Below, in pieces: positions 49,432-59,008 of a stretch of DNA of 64,000 nt. The stretch's first letter is position 1, and every line of letters starts with the position of its first letter. The stretch spans positions 81,791 through 145,790 of the forward strand of contig CAXBLT010000006.1 in NCBI GenBank assembly GCA_963976795.1. The letters run 5' to 3'. The DNA is from an uncultured Gammaproteobacteria bacterium (GTDB lineage: Bacteria; Pseudomonadota; Gammaproteobacteria; Eutrophobiales; Eutrophobiaceae). The position numbers were made by a program, and so were the translations under genes. The notes beneath the pieces are model-generated. The model saw only the letters and a program-made list of their open reading frames with translations, was not told where the DNA came from and did no database searches.

Positions 49432-50997
49432 TTATATTTTGCGATCAAGCTTGTCCCAAAAATATTTACGGATTTCTTTTTTCAATACTTTGCCAACAGA
49501 GCTACGAGGTAATTCATCCCAAATTAAAATCTCTTTTGGCGATTTAACGCTGCCTAATTTTTGCTTACAAAGTTCAATTATTTCTTGTGTATTCGGTTTA
49601 ATAGCAGCTTCCTTTAGTTCAACTACGGCTGTTACTTGCTCACCCCATTTTTCATCCGGGATACCAATAACTGCACAGTCTTTTATTGCTGGATGCCCCC
49701 AGATAAGTTGTTCAATCTCCCCGGGGTACACATTAAACCCGCCAGATATGATCATATCGCGTTTGCGATCGACAATAGATAAATATCCATCATTATCAAA
49801 GACGCCAACATCTCCGGTTTTTTGCCAGCCATTTACACGTATCTCTTGCGTTGCATCTGGGTTATTGAAGTAACAACGCATTATTAAGTCCCCTTTTACG
49901 GCAATTTCACCTTCTTTTCCTGCTGGAAGCGTATTCCCATCATCATCCAGAATTGCTAGATCAATATGTGGTGCTGTTTTGCCACAAGAACGAATCCTGG
50001 AAGAATCACCGCTTTCAACTGCATGAACATGATCATCAACTGAGAGAAAAGTACAAACCATTGGCGATTCTGCCTGCCCATATGTTTGAACCATCACAGG
50101 ACCAAAAACCTCAATGGCTTCTTTGAGTTTTTCTACGGACATCGGCGCAGCGGCATACCAAAAATACCTTAAACTTGAGTAATCATAATTCCTGACGCCT
50201 TCATGAGCCAATAGCATATATATGGCTGTGGGTGGCAAAAATAGATGCGTGACCTTATATTTTTCGATAACAGATAATAAAATATCGGGGATCATGCCTT
50301 CCATTACAACGATGTTTGAGCCTTGTAAAATCGGTGCAAATGACGCAACACCTGCGGCATGCGTCATCGGCGCACTCACAAGATAGCATGAAGGTATATC
50401 AGGTTCTGGCATTAATTCTATTTGAATAGACACCATCGATTGCCATGTTAAGTATCCCCACTCTGCTAATTTAGAATCACCTGTTGTACCTCCCGTTGGG
50501 AACAAACTTACTAATTTAGACTCATCTCTTCTTGTTAGCTTTTCTTCTGTGTCTTGATCAATACTCTTTATAAAATTTTCAATTGCAACTCCAGCTATTT
50601 CTTTAGCTGTAAATGACAAACAATTCTCACCCTTATATTGTTCGCCAAGCTCAGGATTAGAAGCAAGGATGTTCGAGTCAACAAAAAGTAACCTTGTATC
50701 AGATTTTTTTAGTAACTTTAAATTAGCTTCCAGAGTATTTCTAACATTGAGTGGTAACCAGATCGCACCTAATTGGGAAATTGCAAAAATACAGCAATAG
50801 GCGGCAACAGAATTTGGCGCATAACTTGCGACAACATCCTGCTCATGAACACCTTTGTCTCTTAACTGTACGGCAATATGTTGTGCTACATTAAATACTT
50901 CTTGATAGCTAAGTGAAACATCATTGTCGATATCGATAAACTTTGCATCACCCTCGGCAAACGCAGGGCTATGTTCGAGAAAATCAATAATGCGCAT
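49432..50997 (-). CDS. AMP-dependent acyl-CoA ligase, a candidate beta-ketoacid--CoA ligase.
   Basis: 521 aa. AMP-binding motifs 'FPTGGTTGDSK' and 'YGQAESPM'. C-terminal 'SSVGKVLKKEIR'. Confidence 0.85.
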   Translation of the reverse strand: MRIIDFLEHSPAFAEGDAKFIDIDNDVSLSYQEVFNVAQHIAVQLRDKGVHEQDVVASYAPNSVAAYCCIFAISQLGAIWLPLNVRNTLEANLKLLKKSDTRLLFVDSNILASNPELGEQYKGENCLSFTAKEIAGVAIENFIKSIDQDTEEKLTRRDESKLVSLFPTGGTTGDSKLAEWGYLTWQSMVSIQIELMPEPDIPSCYLVSAPMTHAAGVASFAPILQGSNIVVMEGMIPDILLSVIEKYKVTHLFLPPTAIYMLLAHEGVRNYDYSSLRYFWYAAAPMSVEKLKEAIEVFGPVMVQTYGQAESPMVCTFLSVDDHVHAVESGDSSRIRSCGKTAPHIDLAILDDDGNTLPAGKEGEIAVKGDLIMRCYFNNPDATQEIRVNGWQKTGDVGVFDNDGYLSIVDRKRDMIISGGFNVYPGEIEQLIWGHPAIKDCAVIGIPDEKWGEQVTAVVELKEAAIKPNTQEIIELCKQKLGSVKSPKEILIWDELPRSSVGKVLKKEIRKYFWDKLDRKI

Positions 50998-51027
50998 TTT
51001 GTTTCCTGAGCAAAACTTGCCCGGAGA

Positions 51028-51882
51028 CTAAGTTCTTAAACGAGAAAGCGTATCAAGTACTAATTCAGGTGTTGTATCTTCAGGAATAGTAAGATAGTTA
51101 AAATTATTTCCTGATGAAACAGTTTCCTGCCCTTCCCATAATGGTTTGCTGATATCCTTACCGATAGAACTTTCTGTTCCTGCGCTGTCTACAGGGGCAA
51201 TAGAGAAATTAACATCTTCAGGTACACTAAAACCAGCATCTGAAAAAGGAAGGTGTAATCCCACTGACCAACGGTAATGTTTAGTAACGTTATATATCGG
51301 CTGATACCAGGTCAATTCTTCTATGCTTTGGGGCATTGAATCAGGATCTTCTCTCAGTAACACACCTGATAAATCCACTTCGCTAAAGTATCTCAAATAA
51401 TCAGCTACATACATTGAGACAGTGTCTATATGTGTTTCTTCGGGTTCTACATCGACCCCATTAGCAGCCTTGTTTGCTTTGATTAACAAACAACGTGGTG
51501 ACGGTATAACTAATACAATCGGCACTGAGCCGCCATAGTTATTCCCAATTGCCGTTAGCACTTCTGCTAACAACTCCCTTGGAGCAAAAGCTTCCAGCAT
51601 TGTTTTTACCGCAACTGTTATGCGTTTTTTACCAGCCATCGATGGGATAGCTTCTTCATCTTCTTGCATCCAATGATGAAACAGATCCCAGATGTCGATT
51701 ACAACAACGTCTGCATTTACTAAACCATGTGCCTGTCCATAAAAAGACATATAAGCAGGAGGATTAGTCCATGGGTTTTCTCCTTCTGCTAATAACAACT
51801 TTTTGGTATAGGCATTGAAATCAATCCAAAGCTTAGGAGGTCCGTCTCCAACAGATAAATAGTTAACTAAATCTATAGCCAT
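51028..51882 (-). CDS. Conserved hypothetical protein (about 32 kDa). It is a candidate fifth (epsilon-like) subunit of the carboxylase complex. This is inferred from position and size only.
   Basis: 284 aa. It is 2 bp downstream of the HyuB-like gene and 30 bp upstream of the CoA ligase. Acetophenone carboxylase has a 34-kDa epsilon subunit in the same operon position (remembered from the literature, not verified by alignment). Confidence 0.45.
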   Translation of the reverse strand: MAIDLVNYLSVGDGPPKLWIDFNAYTKKLLLAEGENPWTNPPAYMSFYGQAHGLVNADVVVIDIWDLFHHWMQEDEEAIPSMAGKKRITVAVKTMLEAFAPRELLAEVLTAIGNNYGGSVPIVLVIPSPRCLLIKANKAANGVDVEPEETHIDTVSMYVADYLRYFSEVDLSGVLLREDPDSMPQSIEELTWYQPIYNVTKHYRWSVGLHLPFSDAGFSVPEDVNFSIAPVDSAGTESSIGKDISKPLWEGQETVSSGNNFNYLTIPEDTTPELVLDTLSRLRT

Positions 51883-51883
51883 T

Positions 51884-54163
51884 TTACTTACGTTTATCCT
51901 TAGCTTCTATACCAGATTTTTTTCTAACGGCTTCAAGTTCTTCTTCAAGCTTTCTAATTTCGACATCTTTAGGATGTTCAAAATAAACCGGCCCCGGGTT
52001 GTTAGGATCACGTTTATCATCAGGGCTACCTGCATAAACTGTACTCAAATCACTATTCCAGGAACCATAAAAAGGAATATCTTTTGGAGGAACATCGCTC
52101 ACATGCTTCTTGACAAACTCAGCATACGGGACACCTTGTTTCTTGCGTTGTTCTCTGTAAGCATCGCGCAGTTTTTTGGTTCCTTCTTCATCAACAACCA
52201 ATGTCTCTTCATCAAATTCAACTTTATAAAGCTTCTTTGCCCACTCAGGAGTCGTCAACCGTTCTTCGATATCTTTAATAACCAAAGCAGGGTCACGTTC
52301 TAATGGATCGCCATAACCACCACCTGAACCTTGAGAGATCATGTACAACTCACCACGTTTTGAGATAGAGAAACCCATCCCCATGTGGTGCGACGTATAA
52401 TTTGCACCTTCATAAGGCTCTTCGTTCATCGTCTCTTCAATCGAGTGTTTAAATTTATCCGGATCTTTCAGCATGATGTCATAAACATCGACACCAGAAA
52501 CTTTACATAAGGGGTATGCCCCTGGTGCATAACCACCAAATAAACCTGAGAGTGATGGAACTTTGGATCCGACACAAGTCGTCATAAAACCCCACTGGTC
52601 ACTATCTTTCGTCGCAACCATTTGTGTATAGCCCATACCACCACGATACTTTCCTGCTGCTTGTGTATTCGTCGTCATTTTTTTCGAGACCAACTGCAAG
52701 AATGGCACATCTTCTTCATTCATCTCTTGCTCACCAATATCTGCCATTGAAGCAAAAATAGGAGCCAAGGCATGTTCACCGTCCATATCCATACGTGCAC
52801 CACCGCCCATACCATTTAGATCTGCACAAAGGTTACCGAGCATCTCGCCATGTTGACTTACGCCACCCCAAATATAAGTACAGATCATGTTAAACCAGGG
52901 TGCTAAAACACGCGTGTATTTAACCGGTACACTATACAAGAATTTAGCGGTAGCTTGTTGAGCAACAGTAAAGGATAAAAAGATCGACATCAAACTCTGA
53001 GAGTTAGGTGCATCAACACTGGCATTAACAATCGAATATGGAGGTGTAATCACTTCAATCGGTGCAAAACCTGCCTGACCTCGTGGCAAATCTGGCCAGA
53101 TATGGTTTAGAAATGCTTGAGACATCATGCCTTTACATCCTGGTATAGCCGTATTGATCGCACGGTTAGTAATCTCAGGACTAGAACCTCTAAGGTCGAA
53201 TATCAAGCGGTCGTCTTTTTTCGTCAAGGTACAATTCAATTTGATTAATGCATTTTCGCGTAAGGTACTATCCATTGTGCAGTAGGTACGAACGGTCATG
53301 TCAGGCCATTCCTTAATACGACGACGTACTTCAGTCATTACATCATCATTAGTACTACGTAGGCATGCGATTAATGCATCAGGGCCATCTAATGCCAAAA
53401 TTTCCCTAAGGCGTTTTTCAAGACGCATACAAGCGAAGAGCTTTACCTTCATATCTTCGTATTGCAGCTTTGGTTCACGCACCGAGTTTTGCAAAAAGGT
53501 TAGAAGATCTTTTTTAATCTCATAGTTTTCTACAACCCTGAAAGGCGACATCTTCAGGCCTTCATCAAACGGTGATTCCGCCATTGATGGCATACCACCG
53601 GGTTCGATGGCTCCATTTTCACCTTCATGTACAGTCGACGCCACCCAAGCAACCAGTTCGCCTTCATGAAAGATAGGCATAATCATACTTTGGTCGGTAT
53701 TATGTACATTACCGTAACGTGAATCATTATGAATAAATCCATCACCCTGTTTCAAACCAACAGTATGTTCATTGATCCAGTTCTTAATAATGAATTTAAT
53801 CGGATGGTGAACTACTACATTAAAAATAAGTACACCGCCAGCACTACCAATAGTTAAATCACCCGAGGCTGAATAGATCCCGGTAATAACGTCCCCCCAT
53901 TTTGCACCTGGGGCGGCACCCATTTGTTCCAGCATCTCATAACTCTCGTCGCAAGCAGATTGCATACGGTCACGGATTGAAGCCATCTGATGTGGATCAT
54001 TATGTTTCTTAATAGACTCTGTTTCGCGATCTGTAATCGGCATAATGTCATGCGATTGCATTATTTCCTGATCCGGTCCGAGGAATAAAGTCGTTTCCTT
54101 TAGAAATTTTGCAACTAATTCCTGATCTTCAAGAACTGCTTCTGCACTAAGTTTATCGTTCAT
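51884..54163 (-). CDS. Hydantoinase B / oxoprolinase-family subunit (acetone/acetophenone carboxylase HyuB-like subunit).
   Basis: 759 aa. HyuB core motif region 'GFIHNDSRYGNVHNTDQSMIMPIFHEGELVAWVASTVHEGENGAIEPGGMP'. Confidence 0.85.
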   Translation of the reverse strand: MNDKLSAEAVLEDQELVAKFLKETTLFLGPDQEIMQSHDIMPITDRETESIKKHNDPHQMASIRDRMQSACDESYEMLEQMGAAPGAKWGDVITGIYSASGDLTIGSAGGVLIFNVVVHHPIKFIIKNWINEHTVGLKQGDGFIHNDSRYGNVHNTDQSMIMPIFHEGELVAWVASTVHEGENGAIEPGGMPSMAESPFDEGLKMSPFRVVENYEIKKDLLTFLQNSVREPKLQYEDMKVKLFACMRLEKRLREILALDGPDALIACLRSTNDDVMTEVRRRIKEWPDMTVRTYCTMDSTLRENALIKLNCTLTKKDDRLIFDLRGSSPEITNRAINTAIPGCKGMMSQAFLNHIWPDLPRGQAGFAPIEVITPPYSIVNASVDAPNSQSLMSIFLSFTVAQQATAKFLYSVPVKYTRVLAPWFNMICTYIWGGVSQHGEMLGNLCADLNGMGGGARMDMDGEHALAPIFASMADIGEQEMNEEDVPFLQLVSKKMTTNTQAAGKYRGGMGYTQMVATKDSDQWGFMTTCVGSKVPSLSGLFGGYAPGAYPLCKVSGVDVYDIMLKDPDKFKHSIEETMNEEPYEGANYTSHHMGMGFSISKRGELYMISQGSGGGYGDPLERDPALVIKDIEERLTTPEWAKKLYKVEFDEETLVVDEEGTKKLRDAYREQRKKQGVPYAEFVKKHVSDVPPKDIPFYGSWNSDLSTVYAGSPDDKRDPNNPGPVYFEHPKDVEIRKLEEELEAVRKKSGIEAKDKRK

Positions 54164-54177
54164 AGTTTATTACCTCG

Positions 54178-56325
54178 TTATTTCTTTGCTTCGTCGCGCA
54201 GGAACCAAACGGCACCCTGTTCAGCAGACACATAATTCCAACCTTTTTCGATAAGGTAGGTCGTTACATCAGATGCCACGATACCCGGGCCTTCAATTTG
54301 AGTTCCCGCTGGAATATCATCTTTATTCCAAACTGGCGTATCAATCGCCTTACTTTCACCAACAAAATAACACTTACGTGTTGATGATGGTTTCGGCGGC
54401 GCCTTTCGTTTATCTTCGGCTATAGGCTTAATATGTTTAAAGTGAACCGTGTCATGCTCCACATATGAAGCGACGCGAATGGTATTGATACGAATACCTG
54501 CCTCAGGGGCCTGGCTACCTTCACCAAAACGCTTGCCATAATCTGTAGAAAACAGATCGAGTATATTCAATACATCTAACGCTGATTCGACAGTGTGTTT
54601 TGGTATAACAACTGTGGTTTGTACAAGCTGGTTACCGTAACGCATATCAAGCTCAAGCGAATGTAGAATATCGCCTTCGTCTGCACCCTGTCTGGCTAAG
54701 TCAGCTCTGCCTTTTTCACTTAGACCAGCGACAATGTCGTTGAATCGAGCATAATTATCAAACACATGTCGACTATTAGAATCATAAAGAACCATGAATA
54801 ATGAGGCTTCATGAATATGCATCTGATGCATATTACCCGCACCAACCGCAGAGAATACAGAACTCATCGGCGTTGCTAAAATCTTGTTGATGTTCAAACG
54901 GCCCGCGATACCACAGCAATGTAATGGACCATTACCACCATAAGCCAGCATGGTAAAATCTTCAGGGTCATAACCTCGAGCACGTAACTCGGTATTCACA
55001 CCATTAGCCATATTAGCATCAACTTTTTCCTTAATCATCAGGGCAGCTTCAACCACTTCAACATCCAGGTCATCACAAAGTGTTTCTTCGATTGCGAAGT
55101 TTGAACGCTTGGGATTCAGAGGAATTGCACCACCTGCATAATTCTCTGCATCGAGATAACCCAAAACCAAATCTGCATCAGTAACAGTCGGGTTCATGCC
55201 ACCACGGTCATAACATGCTGGACCTGGATCAGAACCTGCACTCTTAGGCCCTACAGCAACCGTGTTATACATACGATCATAAGAGGCGATAGAACCACCA
55301 CCTGCACCCAATGTCACCAAGTGAACCATCGGTACAGAAACCATCCAACGATCAATAACAGGGTTGAAGTCATAATGTTTAATACCACCCTCAACAACGA
55401 TACCAATGTCATAACTGGTACCACCCATATCGGTAGCGACAACACTACCCAGATCAGCTTCTTTAGCTAGATGTTCAGAAGCACTGATCCCAGAAACTGG
55501 ACCAGAGTGAATAGTTTGCAACGCATCAGTTGAGTTTAACTGCGCCATACCACCTGAGTTATGAATAACCAACATGGGTTTCACGTAAGCATGTGCGCGC
55601 AGATTTTGTTCCAACTGAGTCATCGCGTGGTACATAGTCGAATGCAAATAACCATCAACGACTGCTGAAGAGGCTCGAACATATTCACCTTTTCGCCCTG
55701 CAACACGATGAGAAAGAATGACCGGGATAGCACCTAACAGATGCGAGGGATATTCCTCAAGAATAATCTGCTCAACACGTTTTTCATTCATTGGGTTAAC
55801 CACTGAATTAACAAAACAGATAACAATAACTTGAGCCCCTTTATCAAATAAGGTCCTGATCTTAAGTCGGACATCATCTTCATTAAGTGGCATAACGACC
55901 TTACCTTCAAAGTCCAGACGCTCACGCACACCTTCTATCATATTTGGCAATACTAATGGATCAGGACGTCGGGCATCAGGCAAATTGGCCTTACCTAACT
56001 TGTCCAGACCTTCACCATAACCACGCGCACGACTAAGAGGCACTGTTGCTTCAAAACCTGCTGTAACCAGCATGCCCATGCGAGGGCCTTTGTGTTCTAT
56101 TAATGCATTTGTCCCAAGCGTTGTCGCATATCGAACCGAATCAACTTCAGATAGAATTTCTTCCATAGTAATATTCAATTCGCTATATGCTTTTTCTACA
56201 GCCTCATTAAACCCTAAGGCTAAATTTTGGTGTGTCGTTAACGCTTTGGTTTCGATATATTTATTATCCCAAACCAAAAAACAATCGGTAAAAGTGCCGC
56301 CGATATCAACTGATATTCGTTTCAT
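54178..56325 (-). CDS. Hydantoinase A / oxoprolinase-family subunit (HyuA-like, 715 aa).
   Basis: N-terminal Hydant_A_N motif 'MKRISVDIGGTFTDCFLV'. C-terminal hydantoinase-A domain. Confidence 0.85.
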   Translation of the reverse strand: MKRISVDIGGTFTDCFLVWDNKYIETKALTTHQNLALGFNEAVEKAYSELNITMEEILSEVDSVRYATTLGTNALIEHKGPRMGMLVTAGFEATVPLSRARGYGEGLDKLGKANLPDARRPDPLVLPNMIEGVRERLDFEGKVVMPLNEDDVRLKIRTLFDKGAQVIVICFVNSVVNPMNEKRVEQIILEEYPSHLLGAIPVILSHRVAGRKGEYVRASSAVVDGYLHSTMYHAMTQLEQNLRAHAYVKPMLVIHNSGGMAQLNSTDALQTIHSGPVSGISASEHLAKEADLGSVVATDMGGTSYDIGIVVEGGIKHYDFNPVIDRWMVSVPMVHLVTLGAGGGSIASYDRMYNTVAVGPKSAGSDPGPACYDRGGMNPTVTDADLVLGYLDAENYAGGAIPLNPKRSNFAIEETLCDDLDVEVVEAALMIKEKVDANMANGVNTELRARGYDPEDFTMLAYGGNGPLHCCGIAGRLNINKILATPMSSVFSAVGAGNMHQMHIHEASLFMVLYDSNSRHVFDNYARFNDIVAGLSEKGRADLARQGADEGDILHSLELDMRYGNQLVQTTVVIPKHTVESALDVLNILDLFSTDYGKRFGEGSQAPEAGIRINTIRVASYVEHDTVHFKHIKPIAEDKRKAPPKPSSTRKCYFVGESKAIDTPVWNKDDIPAGTQIEGPGIVASDVTTYLIEKGWNYVSAEQGAVWFLRDEAKK

Positions 56326-56382
56326 AATCTACTTTCCTATAACTTTTTAGTAGTTTGACTTATTGTTCGTAGTATTTATTAA

Positions 56383-56790
56383 CTAGTGGCTATGTTTATG
56401 ACGCTCACGTTCACCTAAAACGTCAGGACCAATCGTTGCCTCTGTAATCTCTTCTCGATGACTCCACTGCTCTTTCAGAGCGTCTACATCAACTTCCATA
56501 TCATAGAGTGGCTCATGATTTGGCATAGTGTTCTCAACTTCAACCTGCGTACCACAACTTGGACAATAAAACTCAAGAATATTGACCCAGTCTTTATCAG
56601 GACAAAATGTGAATTTATATTTTTCGGGATCGATAATATGAGGATGGATATCTGCCGGGTCGCGATTATAAACCAACAAACCTTCCTTGTAATTCCCACG
56701 AGCAGAGCCAATCACATGCTCACAAACACGACATTCCCAATTTTCTGTATCCAAATCGATACGAAGGTATTCGGTCATTAAAACTTTCAT
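56383..56790 (-). CDS. Acetone/acetophenone carboxylase gamma-subunit-like small zinc-ribbon protein.
   Basis: 135 aa with two Cys pairs 'CRVCEH' and 'CPSCGT'. 'EFYCPSCGTQVEVE' parallels acetone carboxylase gamma 'EYFCPECGTLHDVE'. It overlaps the upstream HyuA-like gene by 1 nt. Confidence 0.75.
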   Translation of the reverse strand: MKVLMTEYLRIDLDTENWECRVCEHVIGSARGNYKEGLLVYNRDPADIHPHIIDPEKYKFTFCPDKDWVNILEFYCPSCGTQVEVENTMPNHEPLYDMEVDVDALKEQWSHREEITEATIGPDVLGERERHKHSH

Positions 56791-58727
56791 TATTTAGCCC
56801 CCTTAGTCAGACAGATATCACCTGCCTCTGTCACAACAAATTCCCAACCTTCACGTACAAGGCAGGTAAAGTAATCTTCTTCAATAACTGCTGGTCCAGC
56901 AGCATGTGCACCCGGCTTCATCTCATTCACGCTATAGACTGAAACGTCCTGGCTCTTCAGATCACTGCCAACAATTGTTCGTGTACCTGATGCTGTAGCC
57001 GCCTTGCCTTTTTTGGTTTTGACCTGCTTGTTATCTTCAGTCTTCAAAGGTTTAGTCGCTATCACTTCGAGCGTGACTGAATCCGCTTTTTCTAAAGCTT
57101 TTGGCAATGTCACTTTCCCATCTAATTGATGAGTAGATTCTTCTGAACCTGACTCACTTACCAACTGTGCACTTATTTCAATGTCGCCTTTAGCGAAACC
57201 TTCTGCAAACATATCACGTTCAGCACGTTCAATAAGATCATCGTAAGCTGATTTGAGCGAGTCTTGATTATTAGCAGATAGCACGACAGCATAGCTCTGC
57301 CCAATATCGCAAGATCCTATACCGAAAGCACTGAACACAGCGGCAGTCTTTGGCACATAGACTGTATTAATACCTGCCAACTCTGCTACGCCACAAGCAT
57401 TCATGGGGCCAGCGCCACCAAATGCCAATAGCACAGTATCATTCGTAACATCACCAAAACCTTTGAGACCGTCAGCAATCTTTTGCTCATAAGCATCACG
57501 CAGTTTGTGCAGTGCTTCATCAACGGAAATGCCTAATGGTGATGCAACATTTTCATCTATAGCTGCACGACCACGCTCAATATCGAGCTTTAAGCCACCA
57601 CCGAAATAGGTTGATGGATCGAGCAAGCCCAAGAGTAGATTAACATCTGTAATTGTTGAACTTTTACCACCTCGACCAAAACTAGCTGGCCCTGGAACTG
57701 CGCCAACACTTTCAGGTCCTACCTGAATAGCACCGTCTTTAACAGACAGAATAGAACTGCCACCAACACCTTCACTGTGAATCTCACACAAACCAAAAGA
57801 AATAGGCACGCCTTCTACTTTACCGCGTCGCTCTTCATTTAGATTCAAATCAACAAGGTGACCAATATCAGTTGTCGTTCCACCCACATCCATAGTCATT
57901 GCGTTTGAAAGACCATATTGCTTACAGAATGTCTTCACACCTTCCATTCCGCCGCGTGGACCTGAGCTATACGTCTTTAGCGCGATTGTCTTTGCGACAC
58001 GCGATGCGTTGCCATCATTACGAAATATCAGCAATGGATTTTTCGTACGATACTCACGTAGTCGATTCTCAGCATTGTAAAGAAAGCTTTCCATAGCAGG
58101 ATGCAAAAATGAGTTGGTCAATGCAGTCCAACCGCGTCTTTCAGTTGACACATCATCAACCAGCTCGCTAGCAAACAGCATCGGTACGGCACCTAACAAG
58201 TGACGCGGATAAACATCAAATGCCAGTGTTTTGAATTGGGACTCAAACTTCGCAGCCTGATCAGCATCGAAACACACAACGAGGCGATTGGCACCCATAG
58301 ATGTAAGACCGGTAATAACGGTCGCTGTATCGGCAGCTTTTGCTTCATCACCCAAATCGGCAAGATCAACTTCAGAGATTCGGTCGCCGACTAAGAAGTC
58401 GAACAAATCTTCATCTTGCGCGCGCATACGCTTAGCTAAGTCTGCATTGCCTTTATTCAGTATCAATCCCAGTTTTGGCCCCTTACGCTCTACAATAGCG
58501 TTAGTCCCCTGAGTGGTTGAATAACGAATATGCTCAACTTCCATCAGAAGTTTTGCGACATCTTCTTCACCGTAAATCACAGTTGAGATTGATTTTAGAC
58601 CGTCGAAAAAACACTTACTTAAATCATACGGCGTAGTAAGCGTTTTTGTTTTATAAACACTTTTATCTTTCAGTACACATATATCAGTCAACGTTCCACC
58701 GTTGTCGATATTAACTAACATTCCCAT
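56790..58727 (-). CDS. Second hydantoinase A-family subunit (HyuA-like paralog, 645 aa), first gene of the operon.
   Basis: N-terminal 'MGMLVNIDNGGTLTDICVL' (Hydant_A_N). It is paralogous to 54178..56325. Confidence 0.85.
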   Translation of the reverse strand: MGMLVNIDNGGTLTDICVLKDKSVYKTKTLTTPYDLSKCFFDGLKSISTVIYGEEDVAKLLMEVEHIRYSTTQGTNAIVERKGPKLGLILNKGNADLAKRMRAQDEDLFDFLVGDRISEVDLADLGDEAKAADTATVITGLTSMGANRLVVCFDADQAAKFESQFKTLAFDVYPRHLLGAVPMLFASELVDDVSTERRGWTALTNSFLHPAMESFLYNAENRLREYRTKNPLLIFRNDGNASRVAKTIALKTYSSGPRGGMEGVKTFCKQYGLSNAMTMDVGGTTTDIGHLVDLNLNEERRGKVEGVPISFGLCEIHSEGVGGSSILSVKDGAIQVGPESVGAVPGPASFGRGGKSSTITDVNLLLGLLDPSTYFGGGLKLDIERGRAAIDENVASPLGISVDEALHKLRDAYEQKIADGLKGFGDVTNDTVLLAFGGAGPMNACGVAELAGINTVYVPKTAAVFSAFGIGSCDIGQSYAVVLSANNQDSLKSAYDDLIERAERDMFAEGFAKGDIEISAQLVSESGSEESTHQLDGKVTLPKALEKADSVTLEVIATKPLKTEDNKQVKTKKGKAATASGTRTIVGSDLKSQDVSVYSVNEMKPGAHAAGPAVIEEDYFTCLVREGWEFVVTEAGDICLTKGAK

Positions 58728-58845
58728 ATCAATTTACCTGTTTTGATTTTTGTTTTGCTTCACTTAACTGGACATTTAATATTTTCTAGATTCAGAAAGA
58801 AATTAAATTTAATTTTTTGTAACTTTTCAGCCATATACTACTAAT

Positions 58846-58861
58846 AGCATTTATCATGCCA
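58846..58861 (-). promoter_or_regulatory. Candidate sigma-54 (-24/-12) promoter, TGGCAT-gataa-ATGCT, about 120 nt upstream of the first carboxylase gene.
   Basis: The minus strand reads TGGCATGATAAATGCT. GG and GC are spaced exactly as in the TGGCAC-N5-TTGCW consensus. Confidence 0.5.
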
Positions 58862-58962
58862 TAAACTTAATCAACACTTTTTAAACTATATCTAACTGTT
58901 TTATTAGATAGTTTGCTAAAAGAATTAAAATAATTCTTGCATATTGCTCGTTCTATAATCGA

Positions 58963-58996
58963 ACGTTTGAATGCAGATCGTACTAATTTCAAACGT
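58963..58996. promoter_or_regulatory. Inverted repeat ACGTTTGAA-N16-TTCAAACGT, about 110 bp upstream of the sigma54 promoter. Candidate enhancer (UAS) for the AcoR-type activator.
   Basis: Read from the DNA. Its position relative to the -24/-12 element is typical for bEBP sites. It also lies just after the stop of the convergent reductase gene, so it could alternatively be an atypical terminator hairpin. Confidence 0.3.
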
Positions 58997-59008
58997 CGAT
59001 AAAGCCTG

